Assembly: GCA_030390025.1 (NCBI GenBank)
Contig: CM059432.1
Location: forward strand, 139,812,001-139,876,000
Reading direction: 5' to 3'
Source of the DNA: Squalus acanthias
Taxonomy: Eukaryota
DNA length: 64,000 nt
Below are positions 25,578 through 39,799 of this stretch, in pieces. Positions within the stretch are counted from its first letter, which is position 1, and each line of letters opens with the position of its first letter. Both the position numbers and the translations under genes were made by a program. The notes beneath the pieces are model-generated. The model worked only from the letters and a program-made list of their open reading frames with translations, made no database searches and was not told the DNA's origin.

Positions 25578-28129
25578 CCTACCTCTCTTCCCCAACCCTC
25601 CTACACCCCCAACCTCCCTACCCCAACCTTTCCAGATCAGCCATCTTTATGGCCTCTGGAATGAATATATATATTCCTTTGAGATGGAAATAATTAAAAA
25701 TGGTAAATGGAAATGTTCTTGTTGGTATCTTCCTTATTTTCATACATATTTTGTGCTCATAGAGTCACATTTGATGCACAATAATTGAGCCCCTCTTCTG
25801 TTAAAGTGACTATCATTAATTGATTATATTGATGTATAATGTTCATCAAATGTTAATACGGCAAAGGGTTCAACAAGGTTTTTCAGTTCAATTTTAGATT
25901 AGTTTGAAGCTTTAGACATACTCTTAACCAAAGCATTGAAGCTTTGGTTCCAAATGTGCAGGCATCCAAAGACAGCAGGAATCAGGGCCAGAGCTGAAGC
26001 TTTGAACTTGACATATGATCGTTGAAGCTAAGTTGAACGAATGGAACTTCAAAGCACCCAACCTTCATTACAGCTCTACTTATTTATCGCTTAAATCCCC
26101 AACCCATATAATAGTCAATGGAGGTTACACATGGATAGAAACTATTAACAATAATTGCACATTTTAGCAAAGAAAGGCTCATTTACATTGAGTGGGGATA
26201 TCAAAAAATGTTGCAGTCAATATGCCAATTGTAAATTGTGCAAAATGATTTTAGTATGAAAAGTTTTACAATCTTGTCAATAAAGCTGAATCTTACAACT
26301 GTAACTGCATAATCAATTTGCCAAAGAAATGTTATGCTTGGATCAGAATGACTATAAAATAGGAATGAATTGTTAGAATTCCAAGCTTGCATCAGATTAT
26401 CTGGATTCCATTTAACAAACATTAGAAAAAAATTGGCTGCCTTTAAAACATTTTTTTTAAGTTTGCAATCTACTATATTAGCCTCAAGCAGCAAAGTCAT
26501 TTGATTTCTGTAGTTCCACTGTTAGGCAAAAGTGCTAAAAGCAAAATTTATTCATTGTTACCTTATGTGGGCAAAAGCCCAAAATAAGAAGTTATACCAT
26601 TGACCTGCAGTAGAAACCTCACAAAAAATGTGTTTCTAAAAATTAGTTTTCTCCCATATTTCTTGTTTAGATTCCACTGCTGCTTCCTGCCACCATTCCT
26701 TTTCCCTCATTCAGGAAGATAAAGTGGTGTGAATTGTGGACTTTTCACAATCACCATCAATGCTGTTGTATGATTGAAGCCACAGAAATGTGCCTAGTCC
26801 TGCCAGCTTTTTCTCTCTCCATCCTCCTTACTCCAACCAAGGGAATTGAACACTTTCCTGCAATAATAAGTTCCATTTAAGTTATCCTGCCGGGAACTGG
26901 CAAAAGACTCGCTCTGTGGGGATGTCAGTCAAGGCTGGAATTTGAACTCCGGCACTATGGTTGAGAGTCCAGAAACATTATTACTAAGGCTGCTAGGCTG
27001 TCCAACACAATGCTCCATTTTAAAATATCTGTTTGTTGACCTTTCCCACATAGCATAGTTCAGAAAACAAATGCTGCTGTCTTAATAAATTTGTTCTCAT
27101 TTGGGACCCAATTGATTTGTTAAAGCCTTGAATTTAATTATATAAACTATATGAAGAAGACCAATGAATGAGGAATATTGATAATATGTATGTGCAAAAG
27201 AAAGTGCATTTTCATAAACAAGGCATTTTCTTCCCATTTTGGAAGTAATTTTTCTTGCCAAAAGTAGTTATGAAATAGTAGCACCAACCAGAATTTTAGA
27301 TTCTGGTATATATTGTCTGAAATTGTTGAATTAAGAGTGAAAATCTTTAAACTGTATACAGTCAATCTGATACAACTAAATTGATATAACAATATGGCAA
27401 ACAAAAGCTTTGTGTACTCTTTGTTATATGCACATTTTTTTAAGCTGTACACGTTTAGAGGAAACAAAAGAATAAACCCCTCCCCCATGTAAACATTTTA
27501 TGGAAAACGCAATTTAAAAAATGCTTATAAAGATGCTAGTGCTGGGGAATGGGACACTTTCCACTTCGGGCAGCCGTTGTCTGTATCAAGCAAACCCTGG
27601 TCAGGATGTAGTGAAGCTAAATGCCTCTACTCTGCCCAAACAGTGTGCTTCAGTCACAACCTCAGAGGATAACTTGCTACTGCACCAGTGTGACAGTTTC
27701 TAACCCAATGCCACCCATTTCCACTCATACTTTTTTACGCTTAAACATTAACAGACCTACTGAAATCTTGCTATTTTTCTTGGTTAGTGCTTTGTTTACC
27801 TTTAGGCATACCATTTCAGGCACTGATCGTATCAAAATATTTAGGTCCTCAGAGAAAAGATACAGTAATGCATTAGTAGATCCTTGTTAAATAAAGATAA
27901 ATATTTTTCCATCAAAAGTCTGACGTCTTAAATATACATTTTTTTTGTTCTGTACAGGTATCTTATAAAAATTTCCTTTATGGGATAATCTTCTCTCAAA
28001 ACTTGTGTTTTGTCACTAATGGGTCCAAATTATTTATTTTAACCTTATTATAAAACACTCAACCATCAGTACAACACATCTGAGGATGTGATACTGGAAA
28101 GCCTTTGGTTATTCTCTAGCCATTTGTCA

Positions 28130-28480
28130 CTTTAGTTCTGAATCAGAAGATTATGGGTTCAAGCCCACTCCAGGACTTGAGCATGATCGAGGTTGACATT
28201 CCAGTGAAATACTGAGGGTTTGCTGCATTGCCAGAGATGCTATTCTTCAGATGAGATGTTAAGCTCAAGAACCATCTGTTTGTTCTGGTGGACATTGAAG
28301 ATCCCATGGTACTATTCCAAGAAAAGGGACTTCTTCTGATGCCATCTTGCTGCATGCAAAATGACTACTGTGCTTGCACATATAACAGTCGCTGCACATA
28401 AAAGTAATTCACTGTATCTGTAAATGCTTTACTGAGATATTTCTGAGCAATGTGATGAGGTGCTGTATAAGTGCTTCTCT
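28130..28480 (+). mobile_element. Degraded Deu-type tRNA SINE
   Basis: B box GGTTCAAGCCC; body similar to 29807-30195. Confidence 0.7.
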
Positions 28481-29304
28481 TTAGACTACCTAAAAAAAAA
28501 CTTGCATTTATATAGCACCTTTTGTGCCCTCAGGCTGTCCCAAAGCACTTTACGGCCAATTAAATATATATATTTTTAAATGTAGTCACTGTTGCAGTAT
28601 CTTGTTGGTCATGTCTAGTCTCCTGATGAGCATCCTCCACATATTCCACTCCACTCCCCTCTGGCCACCCTCTCAGGCCTTATGAGAAGTACAAATAACA
28701 AATATTGTTTGTTCTGTGTGTCTTTCAGCAAAAATAAATGGATGCTCCAGGCTGAGGCAGGTCCTTTTGTATTCCACTGCCGTGAAATTGGTCACATGGG
28801 GATGCCTCTGATGTTATGACATCACAAAACAACTTACAGAAAATGTGTTGCTTGTGTGATTTTCCTCAGTTAGAACATTGAATATTAGACCATCTATTGC
28901 TGCATGCTCAGAAGAATGAAAACCCTACAAGGTAGGTCATTTTTTGGCACTAATGGGTACATAGGACATAAATATTAGAGCTTCTAGTGGCAAAAGAGAC
29001 TGTTCTTCAAATTAGTAAATAGCATTTCTCTGTGGCAAGGTCTTTCCACACAGACATCTGTTAGTTCTGTACACATGCAGCTAGCACGGAAGTTTGAAAA
29101 GCCTTATTTTATGATTGGAACTCCGCTTTCACTATTTGAATGGGGGTATGAGGGGAAAAAATGTGAAAGTTAAAAACAAAAATGGTACAGAATAGAGGCT
29201 GGTAGGTGACTGTCAAGAACAGAGATTCATACAGTAAGTAATTATGCAATGTAAAAAGATGAGGCAACATGGGGAAATCATCAGAAAATAAATCGATCAG
29301 GAAA

Positions 29305-29700
29305 GACTGAACTGGCTGGGGCTCTTTTCTCTAGAAAAGAGTGGGTGACCTAATAGAGATCTATAAAATTATGAAGAGGTTTCATAGCGTAGACAGAGAT
29401 GTTTCCACTTATGGGGGAGTCCAAAACCAGGAGACATAAAAATAAGATAGTTACTAATAAATACAATAGGAAATTCAGGAGAAACTTCTTTATTCAGTGA
29501 GTGGTGAGAATGTGGAGTAGTTGAGGTGAATACATAGATGTATTTAAGGGGAGGCTAGATAAGTAAATGAGGGAGAAAGGAGTGGAAGGTTATGCTAATA
29601 GTGTTTGATGAAGAGGGGTGGGAGGAGGGTCGTGTGGAGCATAAACATCAGCATAGACCAGTTGGGCGGAATGGCTTGTTTCTGTGCTGTAAATTCTATG
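29305..29700 (+). mobile_element. CR1 LINE 3'-end fragment
   Basis: LGLFSLEK..GDLIEIYKIMK and CR1 3'UTR. Confidence 0.85.
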
Positions 29701-29806
29701 CAAAAAAAAAAAGAGCTAAATCTGCAGATGGGTGCTATGTTACCTTACATGTCATACCTGCTCTGTACCTATGGCCATTCCTCTTTACTTCAGCCAGTTT
29801 TATCTA

Positions 29807-30195
29807 GTGTCAGCTGTGGCTCAGTTAGTAGCACCCTCACCTCTGAGTCAGAAGGTTGTGGGTTCAAGTCCCACTCCAGAGACTTGAGCACAAAAATCTA
29901 GGCTGACACTCCAGTGCAGTGCTGAAGGAGTGCTGCACTGTCGGAGGTGCTGTCTTTCGGATGAGACATTAAACCGAGGCTGTGTCTGCTCTCTCAGGTG
30001 GATGTAAGAGATCCCATGGCGCTATTTCGAAGAAGAGCAGGAGAGTTATCCCCAGTGTCCTGGCCAATATTTATCCCTCAATCAACATCAGTAAAATAGA
30101 TTATCTAGTCATGATCACATTGCTGTTTGTGGGAGCTTGCTGTGCACAAGTTGGCTGCCGCATTTCCTACATTACAACAGTGACTACAATTCACT
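29807..30195 (+). mobile_element. tRNA-derived DeuSINE (SacSINE1-like)
   Basis: A box TGGCTCAGTTAG, B box GGTTCAAGTCC, central domain ATCCCATGGCGCTATTTCGAAGAAGAGCAGG..GTCCTGGCCAATATTTATCCCTCAA as recalled for Deu-SINEs. Confidence 0.8.
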
Positions 30196-31149
30196 GTTTT
30201 GAAAATCAGATGCTATCAGCAGTGGGGGGGGCGGGGGGAGGAGGATGGTATCTTCAATGAATATTACTATCTGGTTACAGTCTGTTATCACCTCATGAAG
30301 CGTATCTTGCTGCAAGCCTTTAAAGTATACCAAAATATCTTGCATACAGATTAGTTTTATTCTGCTCATAATTGTAGGTTCAACATACTTGCCTGAAAAT
30401 AAGGGTACATTTCACAAGCATCTATTTTTACCAGCTAAGACATCCAAGTAGGACAGCTAGCACAGCTATTAAAATTTCACACTTAACATAGGGCATGACT
30501 GTGGTGCAAGTTTCATTTTCTGATCTCCTTTGAATACCTTCTCTCTTCTCCTCCCACAGCAGCCAATTGTATAGCTACTGTACTATAAAAGCACAACCTC
30601 TAATGCTCTTAGCACTTAAAGCACTGAAAGTCTAGGGACATTTTTTGTTCAAAGTTCTCAATTTAATGAAGAAATTACACAATTTAGTAAAGGAGCAGTG
30701 TAGGAAACAGCAAAGGCCAGCGATCCGCCTGGTTTGGGAAACTAATCATATAGTTTGGTCTTCCCTATAAGTATTTCTGTCCTACCTACTAATTCCAAAA
30801 TCCCTGCATACACTGGTAATCAGGGTTCCCAAAAAATAAATTTATTCAAGTTTTTCCTGGGTGGGGTCACAGTAATAAAACAGTTTTTGAACATATCTTG
30901 CTGTATCGAAGTTTTCAAAATTAAGGCTACGTTACCATGCAGCACAAATCCCCTTAGTGATTGCTTAATGTTGGCCATGCTGGAGCCTTGGAAAAGTTAA
31001 CCCTTACAATAATCTGCATGACTGGTATATTTCACCATTAATGCATATTTTAAAACACATATGTTCATATTTCTGTTTGTTGCACTAGTTCAAAGCTGCT
31101 TCAGGGACACCCTGAGTAATTCTGGTCAAGCCTCAAAGTTCAGTCAGAG

Positions 31150-31450
31150 ACAGGATGGTGCAGTTGACCAGACAACATTTTACCACTGGAACTAGAATTT
31201 ATATCCAGTTCATACTGATGGGATAAAAGTTTCCTCTGTTGCTGTCTTGACGGGTCTTGTGTGGAATTAGTTTTGGCAGACTCAATCTAGTTCCTAGTAG
31301 ACTTGGGCATACTTAATCCAGTCATGGAAAAATGTCACACTGGTGCAACATATGGGTGCTCTACTTGTCAGGATTGAAGCACATCATTAGCAGAGTAGAG
31401 AGTTTTACTCTAAATCTAATTGTACTCTACCTGACCTGGGAATACTCAAT
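31150..31450 (+). mobile_element. LF-SINE-related ancient SINE (another piece at about 27600-27670, minus strand)
   Basis: TGTGTGGAATTAGTTTTGGCAGACTCAATCTAGTTCCTAGTAGAC resembles the LF-SINE body as I recall it; not aligned computationally. Confidence 0.55.
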
Positions 31451-31776
31451 TTCCTTCAGCTTGATAAACACAAAAAACATTATAAAAAATCTTCGAAAAG
31501 TGGTAAGAGTTATCCTACACAAACATTAGTACCTCTCACATAGATTATGTACAAAACATTGCCTTTGGAAGTTAGCTTTCCCCCTCCCCCCACCCAACTA
31601 ATGACTTCAGTGCTCCAGTAATAAAGAACTTGTTTTATGTAGTGGTAAAGTTAGCTCCAAAGCAGCACCTCACAGCAGTGTTTCCAAGTTGTACACACTG
31701 CACAGACTTCATAGCCAAGCTTTTAGCGTAAAACAGTTCATTTGGCTTGGAGAGCTTCCAGGAAGCAACTACTTAC

Positions 31777-31854
31777 CTCTGAAAACTCCTCTTTTGGAGC
31801 AAAAATTTAGCTTTTGCGCAAATCAAATTTAGGCAACAAAAAAAACACACATCC
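31777..31854 (-). other. Candidate internal exon (78 nt)
   Basis: Acceptor gttatttttgcag and strong donor GAG|gtaagt; one open frame (phase 2-2). Confidence 0.35.
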
Positions 31855-32559
31855 CTGCAAAAATAACCATGGTCATACTTCTATCTCTCAACCAACATAC
31901 TCTATTCAAATTGAGCTGTCAAAAATGTCTGAATTCAAGGTCCGCAGTTGAGAACAGACTGACCTGAACTCACTGCAGTGTTCAGCCATCTCATTTGCAA
32001 TGCTTAATAAGTAACTATCTTTTGTTTCTATAAAAGCTCCACTCAAAAGACAAAATTTACCAACTTGATCTGTTTTTTTAAAACTTCCATTTTGTACAGT
32101 TTTCACAACTTTGCATTCTGATTACCAAATTAGCTAATTAATTAAAGCAATGGAAACTAAAACTGCAATGCCTATACAATTTAAAAATACAAGGACTGAA
32201 ATTTTGAATAGTAAGGGTGCCTTTTGTTTAGAAATAGCTATGACTTCCATTTTGGACTCTTCATTCCTGTTAACCACAGTGCTAGATCTAGGGAAATGGC
32301 GCAGAGCAGAGGTCAGTGCTACGTATAAACAAATGCATGTCTCAGCATCTTCATCTCCATTACAAAAATCTAAAATGTCTGTGAAAAATGGATTATGTCT
32401 GACACACACTTTTGCTAGGGGAGGGGGTGCACTGGTTTAATAATACTACAGTACTTACAATACTAATTTTTAAAGAAAAAATGGTGTAAGGTGGCTTTAA
32501 TTAGATTGAATTAACTGAATAAATTGATAGATTTAATCAACCAATTAAGGCAGCAGTTG

Positions 32560-33905
32560 ACCAAGTATAGCACCAAGGAGCCGTAGCAAAACTGAAGTCA
32601 ATAAGGGTCAACAGGGGAAACCCACCCTGGAGTCATACTTGATACAAAGGAAGATGTTTGTGGTTTTTGGATCCCACTCATCACAGCCCAAGGACAGCGC
32701 TGCAGCAGTTCCTCAAGGAAGTGTCATTGGATAACCATCTTTAGCTTCATCAATGACCATTCCTCTGCCATGAGGTCAGAAATGGGGCTGGTCGCTGATG
32801 ACTGCAGTGTTCAGCTCCATTCACATCTCCTTCAGTAATGAAGCAGCCCATGACAGCCTACAGCAGGACCTAGACAACATCTAGACTTGCGCTGACAAGT
32901 GGCAGGCAACATTCAAGTTACACAAGTGCTAGGTAATGACCATCTCTAACAAAAGAAAGCCCATCCATCTCCCCTTAACTTTGAACAACACCACTGTTGC
33001 TAAATTCTCCACCACCAACATACTGGGGGGTCACTACTGGAAGAAGTTGAACTGAACCAGCCATATGGACAGTGTGGCTTCAAAATTAGGGCAGAAGCTA
33101 GGTACTCTGAACAGTGGTGCACCTCCCAACTCCTCAAAGCTTACTCACTATCTACAAGGCTCAAGTCAGAAGTGCGATGAAATACTCACCACTTGCCTGA
33201 ATGGGTGTAGCCATAAAAACACTCAGGATGCTTGACACCATCCGGGACAGAACAGTTTTCTTGACTGATGCCCCTGCCACTAGACTTAATATCCACCCTT
33301 CCACCACCAGCACACTGTAGCTGTGGTATGTACAATCTACATGATGCACTGCAGCAACTCCCCAAGGTTACTTTGACAATACCGCCATCCCTTATGACCT
33401 CTACCACCAAGAACTTAAGAAATAGGAGCAGGAGTAGGCCATTTGGCTCATCGAGCCTGCTCCGCCATTCAATAAGATCATGGCTGATCTTCTACCTCAA
33501 CTCCACTTTCCTGCACTATCCCCATATCTCTTAATTCCCTTAATATCCAAAATTCGATCGATCTCTGTCTTGAATATACTCAACGACTGAGCCTCCACAG
33601 CCCTTTGGGTAGAGAATTCCAAAGATTCACCCACCCTCTGAGTGAAGGACAACAGCAACAATTTTGTGGGAACTCCATCACTTTAAATTTCCCTTCCAAG
33701 TCTCTCACACACCATCCTGATTTAGACATATATCTGTGTTCCTTCATTGTCATTGGGCCAAAATCCTGGAATTCCCTACCTAAAATCATTGTGGGAGAAC
33801 CATCGTCACAAGGACTGCAGCGGTTCAATCAGAAGGCCCACCACCACCTTCTCGGCAACTAAGACTGGATAATAAATGTGGCCATGCCAGTATCACCCAC
33901 GTCCT
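32560..33905 (+). mobile_element. Old copy of the 2468-5675 LINE family (RT to 3'UTR), interrupted by a CR1 3' end at about 33411-33647 (minus strand)
   Basis: VPQGSVIG, ADD, LQQDLDNI, IYKAQVRS remnants and the family 3'UTR. Confidence 0.8.
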
Positions 33906-36900
33906 GAGAAAGACAAAAACAAACTTCCTGCTGTAGAGCCAGCCCGGATAGGCACATGACAGTACTCTATACCTGGCATTTGATCTGGATATGTATTTTT
34001 GAATGTGTCTGTCAGGTGCCACCAGGATAGCAAAACATTGAAATATTAGTCTTCATTAAGACCTCTAATAAAATTATTGACTGAAAAATGTAACCTGATC
34101 ATGGGAGAGGAAAATATTAAATGCAAATACAACAAGGAACATGTTGGCACAGATCATTATCAGAGGCACCATTTTATGGTGACTGAATAAGCTAAACTCT
34201 ATTTTTATTACAAAAGGTTGTGGGATTTTTACCAGTATTTTGGAGATTGAATTCCACAATTCCATCCATGTGAAAACTGTAAATCAGTAAGTAGCCTTGA
34301 ATATTATTACTATCTATGGCTTAAATCCTGGCAATTTCTGAATGACTACCCATCTGCAGCAAATTGGCTGGCTGGTTTAATTATATTTTTTAATGTGTAA
34401 TACAAAACTGATTTGGAGCCATGACTCAATAATTTCACCACAATCAGACACGCTCTGCAAAGGGTGGGGGGAAAGAATGTCAGGGTGGGTGGGTATACAT
34501 AAGCATGAAGAAAAATTAAAACCTGCTGCTGCTTCGAAGTATATGTGGAGTACGCAGACAAAACCACTGATTTAGCCAAATAGTTACACTAGCTTTGGCA
34601 CTAAAGTTAACTGCTTTACTTTGGAGCCACTTCCATTTTCATCCCTGCTCCAAAAGTATTCTGTCAGTTGGTGGGCAGCTAGTTTGGATTATTGACCTGT
34701 GCTTTATTTACTGTGTGGAGGCTAGCCAAGCACTTTATTCTAATGATCAGAGGAGACAGTGACGCTTGCATCTGGAGCAATGAGTGTGCCTGTGCCGGTT
34801 CTTTTCTCCCCCTGATCCCCATGCAAGTAGGGAGAAGCATGCTTTTGAGGTTGAATGAGGACCAAAAAAAAGACCATTTTCCAGATGCAGCTAAACTACA
34901 CCAACACGTGCAACAGAGATGAACTATGAACAGTTTAAGTGAAATACAAAAAAAAAGGGACCGGCATATGGTTGTAACCGATACAGCTGCTACAGGAGAT
35001 ATGCCTTAAGACTTCATGTTTGAATAACTGGATGGTCTAGGTCACCTATAATATTGTGCAGGACTTGCATGTTTAAAGTGAGAAAGTGTTTTGGGATCCC
35101 CTTCCCCGCACATTGTTCTGTGCCTAGCAACATAGTGCTTTGTCGCACTATAATTAGAATGGGCTAATGCAGCCACATTATAACACTTGTACAGACAGTG
35201 CTAAAAAGAAAAGCCTCTCCTGATGGTTGATCAAGCTTATCCAGTGTGTAGCTGAGCCATAAAGCCCAGGATGGTTTCATGTTCAATCCCTAGTCTGAGT
35301 TGACTTAACTGATCTCACCAGGGATTGGAGTCAGCCTCAGCACCCGAGTCAAGGAGGGGAAAAGCAGCTAGGGTCCCCATCCTCATTTAGCCATCCTGAT
35401 TAGGCACGTGGATAAGGCTTTGCTGATTAGCCTCCCAACTCTCTCCATCAAGGATCACACATAAATGAGGGCAACTTGCACAAACTATTGGAGAGTGACT
35501 AGCCCTGTGGAACTGAACCCCAGCAAGGGCTCAACATTTTCAGAAGAGGAAGGGAGGTGAGGAAATTGGTGAGAACAGTTTTTTAAAAAGAAAGAAAATC
35601 CTTTCCCAAGTTGGTTTACTGCAGATCAATCTGAGCCACTAACTGGCCTAAGTGTGCACAGTGAAAACTGATTAATATAGATCACAAGCATATCCCAATA
35701 CCTAACCTGCAGTTTGCTTAATCGCTCTGCAACTGGTCTACAAAGACAACAAATTGAACATTACAGATGAAAAAAATCTACACTATTTTAAAGTGAGGAA
35801 AAGTTTCATTAAAGAGAATATTCTAGTTTGGAATGTGATAGTTGAAAAAAACACTTTAAAAATGCCGTAACTTAATATTTCTTCTGAAATAGCAACCTCA
35901 CATTTGAGACTATGCTTCAGGGGTTTATAACAGTGGGTTTACAATATTACTGGGTTTAGGATGGGCTTAGCTACTGTGTTTAGAAAACAATTAGCCAAAA
36001 TCTAATTTTGTGGGTTAAACATTACCAACAGCACTTCAGGCACTGATTTGAATCAAGTTAACTATTAGGCAAACAAAGCTTGAGCTGCAGGAGTTAGCTA
36101 TTCAAGAAATGGCAATTATGACATTAGAAATGGTTAAGAACATTTGGCTTTGCAAGATTTAAAAGTGCAGCAAAGATGACTACTTTGACTCTAAATGACA
36201 GTTTGGCCTTAAGTGTCATGTTCTACCATTTTGTCCATAATCATGAGGCAAACATTGAATTGATCATTAGTGAGATGAAGGAAATAGACAGAACTAAAAC
36301 AGGCTTGTCAACTGAAATTTAAATTTAATAATAAATTGTTTAGTCAGTTTATACCTAGTAACCATTTTTATTCATGCCAGCTTTAATAAAGCCACCAATT
36401 AAAAAGCTCACATTCCCGCCAGGGAACAGACGGTTCATTACTGTACAGTTTCAGCTTCATCTCATCAGCAGCTGCTCAAGAGTAACAACCTCAACCCAAT
36501 GTTTCACAGCTATTTTTATTTGTGCTGTTTAAAAATGACATTACAGTTAATAAACGTTAAAAAGGAAATAAGCTATTCCACCCACAAAAAGGACATAAAC
36601 ACAAGAAAAAAGTTGTCAGACCTATAATTAATGAAACAGTGACTAGAGCCACTGTGGTATGTTTCAGAGGTTTACTTTACATTTCAAATACGGAAAAGGA
36701 TTTCAAGCTCCTTCCCTTTCCAGTAATATCAAAGAACATTGGTACTGCTGTATGAAAAGCTTTACTTCAGTGGCTGCAAATTCACAGCACACCACATTAC
36801 ATGCGTCGAAGATATAAAATTTAATAACCATTATTGCATACCATAACCACTTGAACAGAAAAACCTTCAGTAAGCTCAAACATAACTATAAATTATTCCC

Positions 36901-37254
36901 TATATTGATTTGATTTAATATCATTGGTATATATTTAATTACTGATTGATCTCTGATGATTAGCATCACATAACATAGCAGTACCTCGCTGAAAATAAGT
37001 ATATGTCTGTAAATTATTATAAAATGTACCAGACACACAACATTCTGTTGCTATGTAAAAGGTCATGTATGACATGACAATTTTTTTTGTTGACAAGGTA
37101 CTCTCCCTCAAACTGTGTGGGTGAAGGAAAATGTATTATAAAATTCACATTCTTGTACTTTTTTTCCCCCCCAAAAGTGTATTTTTAATCTCCATTTCCT
37201 CTCCCTTGTACACTCCCAGTCCATAGGTGGGAGAACAAGCAGGAAACTGCAGAT

Positions 37255-39790
37255 ACAGAAAAATGAGTTGGCTATTCAGCCCCTTGAGGCTATTGTGCCA
37301 TTCAATCAGATCATGGCTGATCTGTACCTCCACTCCACCCGCCATTGATCCATATCGTTTGATACCATTACCTAACAAAAATCTATCAATCTCAGTCTTG
37401 AAAATTTAAATTGACCCAGCATCCGCAGTTTTTTTTTGGGGGGGGGGGTTCCAGATTACCACTACCTTTTGTATGAAAAAGGATTCCTGATTTCACTCCT
37501 GAATGGCCTAGCTCTAATTTTAAGATTGTGCTGCTTTGTTCTGGATTCCCCACCAAAAGAAATAGTTTCTCTGTATATACCCTATCGAATCCTTTTGTCA
37601 TTTTAAACACTTGATTAGATCATCCCTCAAGCCTTCTAAACTAAAGGGAATACAAGCCAAGTTTATGCAACCCGTCCTCATAATTTAACCCTTTAAGCCC
37701 CGGTATCATTCTGGTGATATTGCACTGTACTCCCTCCAAGTCCAATATATCCTTCCTGAGGTGCAGTGCTCAGAACTGAATGCAGTGCTCCAGATGGGGT
37801 CTGACCAAGGTTCTGAAGCATAACTTCCTTCCCTTTGTATTCCAATCCCCTTGAGATAAAGGCCAACATTCCATTAGCCTTTTTGATTACTTTTTATACC
37901 TGTGCACTAGCTTTTAGTGATTTGTGTACATGAGCACCCAAATCGCTCTGCTCCTCCACAATTCCTAATTTCTCACCATTAAAAAAATATTCTGATGTCT
38001 TTCTTGGATCCAAGTGGAAGACTTCACACTTCCCACATTGAACTCCAACTGCCACAGTTTTGCCCACTCCCTTAATCTGTCTCTGTCCCTTTGTAACTCC
38101 TGCTCCCATCTGCACGACTTACTGTGCCTCCTAACTTTGGTGTCATCTGCAAACTTGGATATACAACTTTCTATATATCAATGACTTGAAGGAATATAGT
38201 GAAAAGCTGAGGCCTCAGTATAGATCCATGGGGAACACCACTTGTCGCATCCCGTCAATCAGAGTATGTTCCCTTTATCCCTCGTCTCCGTTTCCTATCT
38301 CCCAACCAATTTACAACTCCTATCGCAAGGTTGCATCTAATTCCGTGTGCTTTCATAGGAACAGGAGTAGGCCATTTAGCCCCTCAAGCTTGTTCCGCCA
38401 TTCAATGATACCATAGCTGATCTGTGACCTAACTCCATATACCCGCCTTTGCTCCAGTTCCCTTAATACCTTTGGTTAACAAAAATCTATTAATCTCAGA
38501 TTTTAAATTAACAATTGACCTAGCATCATTTGCCATTGGCAGAAGAGAGTTCCAAAGTTCCAAACTTCTACCACCCTTTGCGTGCATTTCCTAACTTCAC
38601 TCCTGAAAGGTTTGGCTCTAATTTTTAGACTATGCCCCCTAGTTCTAGACTCCCTAACCAGCGGAAATAGTTTCTCTCTATCTAGCCTATCAGTTCCTTT
38701 TAATATCTTAAACTTCGATCAAATCACCACTTAACCTTCTAAATTCCAGGGCATACAACCCTAGTTTGTGTAATCTCTCCTCCTTAGAGTCCAGGTATCA
38801 TTCTGGTAAATCTATGCTGCACTGCCTCCAAGGCCAATATATTCTTCCTAAGATGTGTTGCCCAGAACTGCTCACAGTAACCAGGGCTTTGTATAGCTGT
38901 AGCATAATTTCTACACCCTAGCATTCTAGTCCTCTAGATATAAAGACCAGCATTCCATTAGCCTTTCTGATTATTTTCTGTACCTGTCCATGACATTTTA
39001 ATGATCTATGTACATGGACCCCCAAGTCTCTTTGGACCTCCACTGTTTCTAGCTTTTCACCATTTAGAAAGTACCCTGTTCTATCCTTTTTAGGTCCAAA
39101 GTGGATGACCTCACAATTTGCCTACATTGAAATCCATTTGCCACAGTTTTTCCCATTTGCTTAATCTATTAATATCCCTTTGTCATTTTATGCTTCCATC
39201 TACACTGCTTACAATGCCACCTATCGTCGTGCCATCGGCAAACTTGGATATGTGGCTTTCTATTCCATCATCTAAGTTGTTAATAAATACTGTGAATAGT
39301 TGAGGCCCCAACACAGATCCTTGCGGGACACCACTCGTCACATCCTGCCAATTAGAGTACCTGCCCATTATCCCTACTCTCTCTCCTGCTGCTCAGCCAA
39401 TTTCCTAACCAGGTCAATAATTTGCCTTCAATTCCATGAGCTTCAACTTTAGCCAACAGTTGCTTATGAGGGACTTTATCAAATGCCTTCTGGAAGTCCA
39501 TATAAATAACATCCATAGAATTTCCCTGTTCACTACTTTAGTAACCTCTTTAAAAAATTCAATCAGGTTCGTCGGGCATGACCATGCTGGCTCTCTGATC
39601 AGCTGAAAATGTTCAAGGTGTTCAATCACTCTATCCTTAATTATAGGCTCTAGTAATTTCCTGACAACAGATGACTAACTGATCTATAATTCCCTCCTTT
39701 CATTTTTGCTAATAAACTCTTGTGCAGAACCTTATCAAATGCCTCTACCAGTTCTGATAGATAACATCAATAGACAGTCTCTTATCTACC
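37255..39790 (-). mobile_element. Nested CR1 LINEs: outer copy about 37255-38354 + 39697-39790, inner copy about 38355-39696
   Basis: Two CR1 3'UTRs, two RT motif sets (FADD / [14 protein letters not shown]); TTTCAT occurs at both junctions. Confidence 0.85.
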
Positions 39791-39799
39791 ATGTTAGTG

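Noticed and set aside
25900..26055. Four TGAAGCT(TT) motifs, heat-shock-element-like
   Set aside because: Irregular spacing and no canonical nGAAnnTTCn arrays; likely chance.
28729..28931. Plus-strand exon with good splice sites
   Set aside because: No convincing reading frame and no supporting partner exons; cannot be distinguished from cryptic sites.
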